NCBI GenBank assembly: GCA_043228905.1
Contig: JBHGNT010000011.1
Location: 9,920,001 to 9,984,000, forward strand
DNA length: 64,000 nucleotides
Source: Azolla caroliniana
Taxonomy: Eukaryota > Plantae > Polypodiophyta
Reading direction: 5' to 3'
Every line of letters begins with the position of its first letter. Position 1 is the stretch's first letter. Positions 40,345-51,192 of the stretch are shown here, one piece after another. The translations under genes and the position numbers were made by a program. The notes beneath the pieces were generated by a model. That model had not been told where the DNA came from. It made no database searches and saw only the letters and a program-made list of their open reading frames with translations.

Positions 40345-42313
40345 CAGTCCTTCTTTTTTTGAGGGGGGAAATGTGGTGTCCCTTTCATGCAAGAGCATGC
40401 ATTTGAACACACCACTCTTTTAGCCACTTCCGTTTAGCACATCACCCATTTTAGCCCACCCTTTAGCACACCATTTTGGGACACGTGTAGCTCTAGGCCG
40501 TCCCAAAATGGGTTCTTTGTATCTTCTATATATTGAATGATAAGTATGAAGCTAGCTAGGCTGGTTTGGTTTCCTTTTATGTGCATTTCACAATATGTAG
40601 AGCTTGTATAATAATATCTGATGTCCTATTGCTTCTATTAGAAACCGTGTCGAGGCAAGAAACAAGGAGAAGTTAAGGATATACACGATTTCCCTACATC
40701 CTTCCCTGCACATCTTGAGCGAGCCAGAAAAGAAAAGGATCGTCGCTTAGTCAAGGCGTATGAAATGGAGGAAGATGGCTCCTTTAAAAAATTTAGCCAC
40801 AAAAAAGATATTACGAGAGATCTTTACTACAATGTGGTTTGCGGTGATGTCGTCGACTTGATCCAAAAGGTGCCAAAGAAGGAATATACGCTAATGATTG
40901 CAGATATTCCTTACGGATTTCGAATGGCTGGGTCATCATACGACGATGAACCGTTTAGGTTTAAACAATTGGAGAAGATGGTCAAGGATTTCGCTGAGCT
41001 AACGACTGCATCCTTGTGGCGAATAGTTGTCTTTCATAGTATGGACCAAGGATACTCGGTAGCTCAAGCTTTGAGATCTCGTTGCCATGGCATCGAGAAC
41101 CTTGCATGGTAAGGATTATTTATAGGCGTCTTTCACTATATTGCATTTTTTAAGGTTGTTCAATCTATTCTTAACTCGATGTATTATTTTTTATAGGATC
41201 AAGACCAATGTAAATAGAGGGCCAACTTTTCGGTTCATTAATGCCATTGAATACATCACGGTTGGCTACTTCAATGAAATTAAGAAATAGAGAATCAAGG
41301 AGCATTCTAATGAAGTGGGAGGTTCAAATCTGTTGGTATATCCAGTAGTGACACGGAAATTGCGACATGTCACCACGACAGAACGGGGACTTGTCAACCC
41401 ATATCAAAAACCTCAACGACTTATGATGCGCTTGATCGAGATGTTTTCTATCGAAGGAGACTGGATATTAGATCTCTTTTCTGGCACAGGTATTCCTCGA
41501 ACTAGGGTAACGATCTTGAGATAACCAATCCCGAATCTTTTTTGTTTGACAACTAAATCTTCTTGTTACTTACATCACAAGAACGACGTCTGCATGTGCA
41601 TTGAAGCTCTTTAGAAATACAGTTGCATTGGAGAAGGACGAGGACCAGGTTATATTTATTAATATGCGGATTAAGGCTTTGTGGGAGTGCCCAGACCAGG
41701 ATGAGGAGGTCGGTGCAAAGAACCTCACTAATACAGAAAGGTTTCAACCTGCTTTGCGAGAGCCTATTCCTCCGTTAGCCGGCGAACCGGGGGAGCTAAT
41801 AGAGCTTGATGATGAGCTTATAGAAGATATTTCGTTGGCTCGGCTAACAGGGGAAGCCAATGCACGTATAGCCGAAGAGAGTTCTAAACAAGATGATGAA
41901 GAAAATGACGTTGATGAATTGATTGCTATATAATAGACTCTATGAAGAAAATGACATTGACGATTTGTTAGGATTTCACATTATTAATACAAATTTTGGG
42001 TTTTACCCAGTGGTTTCTATTCTTTATAATCTTCTATATGTTTCAATTTTATTTTTATATACTTGGTTAGTAGATTTATGACATTGGTTTCACCGGGTGC
42101 ATAGCTGACTACCAAATTTATGGAGAAACATGAATTAGTTTAAATTGAGGCTGATTTTGGTCCAAGCTAACCTTAACAGAACATGGCCCTACAATTGTTG
42201 CCATGACTATCCATGTTGTTATTATGGATCTTTGTCTTCTATTGTTAAAACTATTATGTTTCTATTCCATTGCTGCTTAGATTGTGTAGTGTGTTGATAA
42301 TGGTTCCAGTTGC

Positions 42314-43041
42314 GTTATCGTTCGGAGTTTGATCCTGTGTGAATCACCTAAGCAATAGAGCAGATCAATTTTAAATACAGGTATGAAAGCCTAATAGGTT
42401 TGTTATTTCCACGACATTTTCCTAAAGTTCACTGCCTTACATTGTCCACAATTATATACATATGGTTTGATCCCATATGAACAAATTGAGGAATAGATTA
42501 GATCAACTTTAAATACAAGTATTGAATACTTTAATAAGTTAGTTATTCCAATCACTTATCCTAATGTGCACTATCCTACATTTTCCATAATTACATACAT
42601 GCATGTATGGGTCAAAGTATAAATTATAACTCATTTTATTAGTATGGATACAAGTACACCTGATATTTTTGTAAAACTTAACTAATTAATATCAGGTGTA
42701 CTTGTATCCATACTAATAAAATGAGTTATAATTTATACTTTGACCCATACGTGCATGTATGTAATTATGGAAAATGTAGGATAGTGCACATTAGGATAAG
42801 TGATTGGAATAACTAACTTATTAAAGTATTCAATACTTGTATTTAAAGTTGATCTAATCTATTCCTGAATTTGTTCATATGGGATCAAACCATATGTATA
42901 TAATTGTGGACAATGTAAGGCAGTGAACTTTAGGAAAATGTCGTGGAAATAACAAACCTATTAGGCTTTCATACCTGTATTTAAAATTGATCTGCTCTAT
43001 TGCTTAGGTGATTCACACAGGATCAAACTCCGAACGATAAC
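42314..43041. repeat. Long near-perfect inverted repeat: arms 42314-42667 and 42688-43041 (354 bp each), 20-nt loop
   Basis: The arms are reverse complements; I found two mismatches by eye. Confidence 0.95.
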
Positions 43042-43161
43042 ACTATCATGTATTTTTATATTTGCAAATTCTCATCAAGTTGAGCAACATGTGATACTAG
43101 TGCATCCAATTTTTGTAGAGAGGGTGTATTTGCTTCGTTTTAAGAAGGTTCTACAAGTGGA

Positions 43162-43198
43162 ATGCGCAATCCTTCCACTTGTGAACGCGAATGTGTTA
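43162..43198 (-). repeat. Right terminal inverted repeat
   Basis: atgcgcaatccttccacttgtgaacgcgaatgtgtta is the reverse complement of 25587-25623 with 2 mismatches. Confidence 0.9.
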
Positions 43199-43526
43199 TA
43201 TTCTAGAATTATCCTGTGGTATATTCTAAACTAGTATATTCTCGAGTATATTCTAGAGATATTCAATCTCGGAAATTGTATAAATACTTGTAACATCCTT
43301 GGTCCCTTTCAAGGGATTCAACACCAGTCATTGACACATCAATCTAGTATTTTCGTAAATTCGTCTCATCTTTGTCTCCTTGATCTTTATTTCTGTCGTC
43401 ATGCCTTCATGTCCCTCACAACATCTAGAGTTCCTAGCCTCGTCACATCTAACTCCAAGTTCATCCGTCGCTCGCAGCCCCATCATCTGTGCTCCGTCCT
43501 AGTCCGCGCTTGGTGTGTCCGTGACA
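43199..43526 (+). mobile_element. Right half of the split LTR (...GTGACA)
   Basis: TATAAAT at ~43279. It ends GTGACA, the inverse of TGTCAC at 25423. Confidence 0.8.
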
Positions 43527-43720
43527 ATGGGAATCACATGGGTTATGTGGAATCATCTAGCAACCCCTAAGCGCTTGGGGGGAGCTAGAATATTGGACTT
43601 GTCTATGCATGTGATGACTTGTAGATTTTCATTATTACAAGACATGTGTTCAGACTCACAACCATGGATATCTATTGTTCAATATTTCATTGAGAACAAG
43701 GGATTAACAAAGGAGAGGAC
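43527..43720 (+). pseudogene. Continuation of the L1-like RT remnant interrupted at 22930
   Basis: ITWVMWNHLATPKRLGGARILDL matches the V.W....PK..GG.G motif that follows the L1 RT domain. Confidence 0.7.
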
Positions 43721-44268
43721 AACAGAGAGAGAGAAAGAGCCCAGATAGATGTAGCTTATTTGGTAAGGTTGCCCAAGGGAGACCCACCCACCGATATCTA
43801 TGGAGTAATAGAGAGGTGAGAAAATTGGGGTTCGAACCCAACATATAGTGATAATAATGTAAATGACTTACCAGTATGGTAAGCTAATTGCGATAAAAAA
43901 AGTCAGTTAGGCGCATGAAAGACTTTCACTATCATGAAATTCAAACTTTACAAGTACATGTATCTAAGATATAGTTTAGGGTTAAGTCAACACATTTGGC
44001 TGTTTAAATAAATAAGCCCAGACAATATGTATGCGTCGATTAATACACCCTACCATTTAACAACCCCCACTCAAATGACAATGACAATAACAATGAATAA
44101 TGTGGCTATTGCAAGTAATATGACATTACACATGGGGATCGTGCATATTGAGATCCAATGCAATTTCAGTTGAGAACTTATTGAGATGAGAAATTGAAAT
44201 TGGAGGCCCACCCTTGATTGGAAAACTATTCATTGGTGCTTGAGCATATTAAGTTATTTTGAAGTGTT

Positions 44269-47200
44269 TGTTGAGAGACAAGCTCAACATCGGCCGGATC
44301 GGCCGAAGAAGCCGAGGACCGGATCGGTTGGGACCGATTGGTTAGGCCGAATGTGTAAACCGGTATGCAGACCGGTGCGTAGGTAGGGCCGGATCGGTGC
44401 GTAAACTGGGAGGCCGTTAGGAAAGATATTCCCTGAGGAATATATTTGGGAGTTAGTGTAGGAGCTCTTAATGAGCATTGAAGTACTGTCAGTACTTCGG
44501 TCAGTCCTTCTAGGACTTGTATAAAAGTGTTCATTGAACACACATATGTATAGAGTGGTGAATAGGGATTGAGTACTTTTTTTGAATATAGTTCTTGTGT
44601 TTTTCTCTCTCTCACTCTCTTTGTCTCTCCCGCGTATACTGCGTAAGCTCAAGCTCTCCATTAAACCTGAGTTTTCTTCCTTCTGTTCGGTCTTCATACT
44701 TGCTTCCGCACGTTACTTTTTACATGGTATCAGAGCGCGAGGGTTGAGAACCTCTCTGCAGCCGACACAGCTTGACGAAGAAGAACAAGAAGAACGATGG
44801 ATAGAGGCATGGCGAGCTCGCTTCCAACAGAGAAGCTCGACAGAACCAACTACGCGTCTTGGTCCTACAAGATGCACCAGTACCTGCTCGGGCACGGCTA
44901 CTGGAGTTATGTCGAAGGAGCTAATGACGCGGCACCCGAATCGACACACAGAGACTTCCCGTCATGGGAGCAATCGGCGAGCAGGGTATTATACTGCTTC
45001 GCATCATGTGTGGGCGAACAACTATTGAGCTATGTTTGGGATGCAAAGACGCCGAAGGGTGCGTGGGAAAATCTGAAGAAGATTTTTGCCGCGAGCACCA
45101 TAGCCAGGAAGCTTCAGCTCCGACAGGAGTTGAGCAACCTACGACAACGCGACTTGTCGGTGGCGGACTATACCTCAAAGATCAAGGATATCTGCGACTC
45201 CCTCGCCTCCATAGAGGTGAACATCGAGGAGAGCGAGATGGTCCAGATCTGTCTCGGAGGTTTGGCGTCGAAGTTCGGAGCGTTCCGATCGGCTGTGTGT
45301 ACCCGGGAGAATATGTCGTCCTTTTTCGACTTATAGTCAATGCTCATGGTAGAGGAGAACCACGCGGGTGCGTCTACAAGCACGCACACCGACAACAGAA
45401 TGCTGTACACGGAGGGAGATAGGCCCCGTGGACGTGGAGGACGAGGCGAGTCAGCGCGCAATGGAGGCGGCCGACGAGATCAAGGAAGAAGGCACCGAAG
45501 TGATGCTGACAGCAACTCCGGACCCTCCGGAAACAGGGGGAGTCGAAGCGATGAGAACCGGCAAGGGAAGGCCATCGCAGAGTGTTGGTATTGTGGCAAG
45601 AAAGGCCACAGGGAAAGTGAGTGCTAGAAGAAGCGCGCCGATTCTGAGAGAACCGGTTCCGGAAACGGCTCAGGACTTTCCGACAAGGTAAATCGGCAGC
45701 GATCGCACTACACCGAAGACTCCGGGAGAGCCGGAGAAGGGTCTGCCTTCGTTACGAGACACGAAGCAAACTCAATGAAACGGACCACCCCGAGATCGGA
45801 CGAGGTGTGGTACGTAGACTCCGGCGCGTCAAACCACATGACGAGCCATAAGGAGTGGTTCTTGTACCTTGAAAAATCGATACAACCTGGAGTAGTCGCA
45901 ACTGGAGACGACACTCTGCATCCGATCGCGAATGTCAGAGAAGTTCCCCTTAGCCATGTCGGGCAGAAAGGGAAACTCATGAATGTGCTGCACGTTCCGA
46001 CAATCACGAAGAACTTGGTCTCGGTCGGACAGATCGTCGACCAAGGGATGGAGGTTCAATTTACACACCTCAGGTGCTTCATTGAGGAAGAAGGCCGTGT
46101 GATTGCGCAAGGGCGCAGAGACGAGAGGATGTTCATCCTCGATTCCACTGACGGCGGCACCGCAATGTTCGCGAAGGGACAAAAATCTGAGTTGGACATC
46201 AACTTGTGGTACAAGCGGATAGGCCACGTCAACTACCAGCGACTTCAAGATCTGCAATCGAAACAGGTAGTGTTCGGATTGCCCAAATTTAGTGGCCAAA
46301 AGGCACATATTTGTGAAGCCTGCTAGCTCGGGAAGCAACACCGACTTCCTTTCCCCAACGAGCGAAACCGGAGCCGGAACAAGCTCGACCTTATACACTC
46401 CGATGTATGGGGGCCGACAAAAAATGTAGTCTTGGCGGGAGCCGATATTTCGTCTCCTTCATCGACGACCACATGCGGCACACGTGGATCTACCTCATTG
46501 AGAGGAAGAGCGAAGTCTTCGACTGTTTCCGGGACCTCAAAGGGTTCGTGGAAACGGAAACGGGACGAAAGATCAAGTGCCTGCGGTTGGATGGCGGGAA
46601 AGAGTACTTTTCTAGTCAATTCAACGGTTATCTACAACAAATGGGAATTCGGCGCGAATTCAGTTGTAGATACACGCCGGAGCAGAACGGCGTGACCGTG
46701 AGGAAGAATCGGTCACTTGTGGAAGCGGCACGGGCAATGCTGGAGGAGAAGAGCTTGCCCAAGTTCTACTGGGCCGAGGCGGTAAGGACCGCGGTATACA
46801 TCCAGAACCGGATTGGAGACAAAGTGTCGGCGCACGAGCTATATTTCGGAACGAAGCCGAACTTGCGACACTTGAGGGTGTTCGGTAGCATTGCGTATGT
46901 GCATGTACCGAAGGAGAAAAGGAGGAAGCTGGACGCAAAGGCCGAGAAATGCATCTTGGTCGGTTACTTCGACGAGCAGAAGGGTTATAAGTGCTATAAC
47001 CCTCGCACCAAACAAGCGCGTGTTAGCCACGACGTTGTGGTTGACGAGTCCGCGTCCTGGTACCAGCCCCCGACTCCAATCTGAGTTCTGACGATGAGGT
47101 CAACGAGGCCGAGATGCCTCCGGATGAGCCCGAAATCGAGACCCACCAAGAGAGTCCGATTTCACTCCGTTTAAGTGGACCGATTGGACGACTGAGTCGG

Positions 47201-50018
47201 TACGATCAGTCCGATGAAGAGCCGGCGAGTAGTGGAGACTCGGCCGTGCATTCCCCGCGCAAGAAGCCGAGGAGATGGCTTACGCGCAAAGAGAAAGGGA
47301 AGAAGAAGGTGTTGGATTCCGGCACGGATACGAACGAGTCAGACCGACGCGAGTCCGACTCCGAGGGAACCGTTGACGGGTCCTTAAAGGTGAAGTCCAC
47401 GTCGACCGAGAAGGCCTCGACATCGGCTAATGTGAGATTACGCCGATCTACCCGCCAGAAGAATCCTGTTTTGCGGTTCGGATACAACGAGTACATGGCG
47501 CATAATTATGAGTACATGACCCGTGTAGCGGAAGTGTGTGAGCCGGAGAGCTACGCAAAAGCGGCTAAAGATGCGAATTGGCGTGCCGCGATGGAGGAAG
47601 AGATGCACGCATTGGCGGAGAACGAGACCTGGGACCTGGTTGACGCACCAAGAGGGGTAAAACCAATCGGGTGTAGGTGGGTGTACAAGGTCAAGTACAA
47701 CACCGATGGCTCGATCAACCGGTACAAGGCTCGGCTAGTGGCAAAGGGCTACGCGCAGAAACATGGCATCGAGTACGATGAGACGTTTGCGTCGGTCGCG
47801 AAAATGACGATCGTCCGAGTTTTGCTCGCAGTAGCTGCGGTGAAGGGGTGGCACTTACATCAGATGGATGTAAAGATGCGTTCTTGCAAGGTGACCTTGA
47901 GGAACAGGTGTACATGGTACAGCCTCCCGGTTTTCACTCTGGAACGAACTCCTCGGCAATATGCCGACTGAAGAAATCCCTTTACGGACTGAAGCAAGCC
48001 CCGCGTGCCTGGAACGCGAAGATCACGCAACAACTGCGTCGGATGGGCTTCGTCACGTCAAAATCGGACTCTTCCCTGTTCATTTGAAAAGGTCGACTCG
48101 GACCGATTAGTATTTTACTATATGTTGATGACTTGGTCATCACCGGCGCCGACCTAGGTGAAATCGACCGCGTGAAGCTCCAGCTTGCGGCATCGTTCGA
48201 CATGAAGGATCTGGGGGACCTTCATTACTTCCTCGGGATCGAAGTGATCCGTACCCCCGAAGGCATATTGATCAACCAACGTCATTACGTGTTGAGTATG
48301 CTCTTCAAATTCGGGATGGACGATTGTAAGTCCGTCTCGACTCCTCTTGACCGAACCGTCAAGCTTCGTCCCGATACGGGAACGGTATGCGACCCGATGA
48401 GGTTCTGACAAATTGTCAGAAGCCTCATATACTTGACCATCACCCGACCCGACCTCAGTTATCCGGTCAGAGTGATCAGTCAGTTCATGGCGCGACCTAC
48501 CGAGGGGCACCTTCAGTGTGCGCAACGCATACTTCGGTATGTCAACGGCACTAAGGACCGGGGACTACTATATCGGACCGGTGCAGCCGCGCAGTTAGTC
48601 GGCTACACCGATGCTGATTGGACTGGCAACGCCGCCGATCGCCGATCCACGTCCAGATATGCGTTCTCCCTCGGGAGTGCCGCGATCGCGTGGAGTAGTA
48701 AGAAGCAGCCGACAGTTGCACTGTCGAGCACCGAAGTTGAGTACCGAGGAGCGGCTGTCGCGACATGCGAAGCCATATGGTTGAAGCGGCTACTTAGGGA
48801 CCTGCAAGAGGAGGTGTCAGATCCGACGACGATCTACTGCGACAACCTCAGCAACATCCAACTCGCGAAAAACCCCGTTTTCCACGCACGGACCAAGCAC
48901 ATTGAGGTGCACTACCATTTCGTCCGTGAGCGTGTCCTTTCCAGTGAAGTCGAACTTCAGTATGTTCCGACAGATCGGCAGACTGCCGACATCTTCACCA
49001 AGCCTCTTGGTCTGGACAAGTTGCGGCAATTCTCAGGTGCGCTCGGATTGCGTCACCTCGACGTGCCAAACTTGAGGGGGAGAACAGTCCCGAACGACCA
49101 AGACTGCGACACCGAGTCGGTTGACTCGGTTGTCGAGTTCGACTTCGGATTGGCTGAAGAAGCCGAGGGCAGACTAGCGGAAAAGTCCGGAAGCGGACAG
49201 AAGGGGAGCAGCCGAAGGAGAGAGCCGAAGCCAACCACGCATGGGGAAGATGACGCCATCGAGGGCGAGAAAACCGAAGACAAGTTGGAGACAGCCAACT
49301 CGGACGAGAGCGAAAACCAATCGGAGGTAACCGAGTCGGTTCGAATGTTTGATTCAGATACGTTGAATCAACCGAGGCCCAAGCAGAAGAAAAGGCAGCA
49401 GGAGAAGCGTCAACACCGCAACAGCAGAAGAGCTGATAAGGGCCACATGAGCAGACAAGCCGACCGGAAGGGTCGAAGCGCGCGGAGTCGAACAGGTCGT
49501 GGAGCGCAAGCGAGGCGTGAAGCCAGGAGGAACCGGAGCTGTGAGCCCGAAGATCCCGAAGAGCCTCAAGTTGAGCTTGAGGGGGAGTGTTGAGAGACAA
49601 GCTCAACATCGGCCGGATCGGTTGGGACCGATCGGTTAGGCCGAATGCGTAAACCGGTACGCAGACCGGTGCGTAGGTAGGGCCGGATTGGTGCGTAAAC
49701 CAGGAGGCCGTTAGGAAAGATATTCCCTGAGGAATATATTTGGGAGTTAGTGTAGGAGCTCTTAATGAGCATTGAAGTACTGTCAGTACTTCGGTCAGTC
49801 CTTCTAGGACTTGTATAAAAGTGTTCATTGAACACACATATGTATAGAGTGGTGAATAGGGATTGAGTACTTTTGTTGAATATAGTTCTTGTGTTTTTCT
49901 CTCTCTCACTCTCTCTATCTCTCCCGCGTATACTACATAAGCTCAAGCTCTCCATTAAACCTGAGTTTTCTTCCTTCTGTTCGGTCTTCATACTTGCTTC
50001 CGCACGTTACTTTTTACA
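44269..50018 (+). mobile_element. Full-length Ty1/Copia retrotransposon
   Basis: LTRs at 44269-44724 and 49588-50018, 5-bp TSD GTGTT, PBS tggtatcagagc at 44725 and PPT ttgagggggag. Confidence 0.97.
44797..49593 (+). pseudogene. Copia gag-pol (gag, zinc knuckle, protease, integrase, RT, RNase H, charged C-terminal extension) with stops and frameshifts
   Basis: Motifs [45 protein letters not shown] and ADIFTKPL. Confidence 0.95.
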
Positions 50019-50569
50019 GTGTTTATATGGGAGAAGAGTAGGAAGTGGAGAAAGACGACCCTAACGATATGAGAGTTCAAGCAACTTGATGATGGGGGGA
50101 GTTTGGTTTATGAAAGATGAAGCAAAACAGAAATGAATCATGTGATGTGGTCGGTATAAGTAAAGTGCTTGAGGGCGAGTGTTGCTTCGAAGAAGATTCA
50201 ACTGTGCAACAAGTCATTCTCACGTTACACTTCCCGCGATGCCAGATGGAGGCAACCTTGCTTGAGCGTACATCCTCAAGGAACACATATTGTAGATTTA
50301 TCAAACATTTATAAAGAAAGATAAGGGGGGTTGAAGTATGACACTATTACTAGACCTTTGAGCTACCCCATGCATCTCATGCGTGTTATATCTTAGGCCC
50401 TAATCAGCTTGAATTCCATCATCCATTTGCACCAATCGTAATGGTGAATTATTCCTTTTAAGGATAGGGTTGAGCACTAGGGGCATTTTTTGAGGGAAAT
50501 AACGAAAACTGAGATGAAGGGGAAGGGTAGGCCTTGAAATAAATAAACAGAGAAGTCATCTATCAGCAT

Positions 50570-50805
50570 CATAGTACGTAATATACTCGAATGCATTGGC
50601 AATAATTATTATTTTTTCATACGAATGCTTATGTTATTAAAACATTCTTATGTTTTTTTTTTACACTTTTTACCTTAACTCCCTAAAAAAAATTACCTTA
50701 TAATAAATATGTAATGAATCCAAAAAGTATGATATTTACCATACTCGAATGATTGAAACATTCGACAATGCGAATGCAGGTATGGTACGTATGGTTCACA
50801 CTACG
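50570..50805. mobile_element. hAT-like MITE, copy 2, upstream of the NAC gene
   Basis: Termini are CATAGT...ACTACG, flanked by atcagcat/atctgcat (7/8 TSD). It is homologous to 4872-5278. Confidence 0.65.
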
Positions 50806-51192
50806 ATCTGCATCATAATTTATAAACCAAACTGCCCCCAATGATTCGTATCCGTATTCGTATGCCACGAATGCGAATATGTCAATCTACGATCATAATG
50901 TATGTAATTATTAAATACGAAGAAATCAGAGAGACCGCATGAGACTGAGGAGGGAAGGCAGAGGGTCAGTCACTGTGTCGCAACTGAGCTCAATTATAAA
51001 AGAAACCATGGATTCTTACTCTATACCCATACTTCATTCACCAGCTAAGTCAGAGGTAAACGAAATTTTTCTTCAGTTTTTAACAATTACTCCCCAACAT
51101 GGCATGGATAAGGAATTCTTTGTTTTTGCTCTAGATTAGGTTTTCTTATTTATATGAAGGCAGTCTTCTTTTTTTCTCCTCTTCTCTTCAGG

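Larger units (their letters stand above)
35945..40592 (+). mobile_element. Full-length Ty3/Gypsy element with short LTRs, inserted in an intron of the methyltransferase gene
   Basis: LTRs at 35945-36164 and 40372-40592 (~220 bp, TG...CA), 4-bp TSD ATAT, PBS tggtagagaagcggg (~36169) and PPT gaggggggaaa. Confidence 0.97.
34665..41933 (+). pseudogene. Intron-containing ParB-like domain plus beta-class amino (N6A/N4C) DNA methyltransferase; approximate exons 34665-35691, 35768-35906, 40642-41108, 41197-41489, 41581-41933
   Basis: The N-terminal part has YFVIGGSHSAEA and AKLLAWDHN...RQKMSSIE (ParB/Srx-like). The C-terminal part has VCGDVVDLI, MIADIPYG (motif IV), W.K.N...EYITVGY, NPYQKP..LM..LIEMFS.EGDWILDLFSG-TGTT (motif I, split by an intron) and L.R..VALEKD. 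Lesions: a frameshift at ~35086, stops at 35477, ~35805 and 41288, and an AG>AA acceptor at 41580. Confidence 0.85.
25587..43198. mobile_element. Large TIR DNA transposon carrying a DDD transposase and a ParB-like/N6A-N4C DNA methyltransferase gene (about 7.3 kb after removing two Gypsy insertions)
   Basis: 37-bp TIRs at 25587-25623 and 43162-43198 (35/37 identical), with TA on both flanks (a TATA TSD is an alternative reading). It is inserted cleanly inside one LTR and contains two divergent genes. Confidence 0.9.

Noticed and set aside
34665-41933. Methyltransferase as bacterial contamination
   Set aside because: It has spliceosomal introns and an LTR retrotransposon insertion, and it is bounded by TIRs within plant TE sequence.
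22928-43529. ATG on both sides of the 22931-43526 block as a TSD of one giant element
   Set aside because: It is only 3 bp, the two bounding LTRs are unrelated, and LINE sequence is missing at the junction.
48995-49991. Long antisense ORFs (304 aa and 141 aa) over the Copia 3' end and LTR
   Set aside because: They are shadows of GC-rich pol and LTR sequence, duplicated in both LTRs, with no domain signal.
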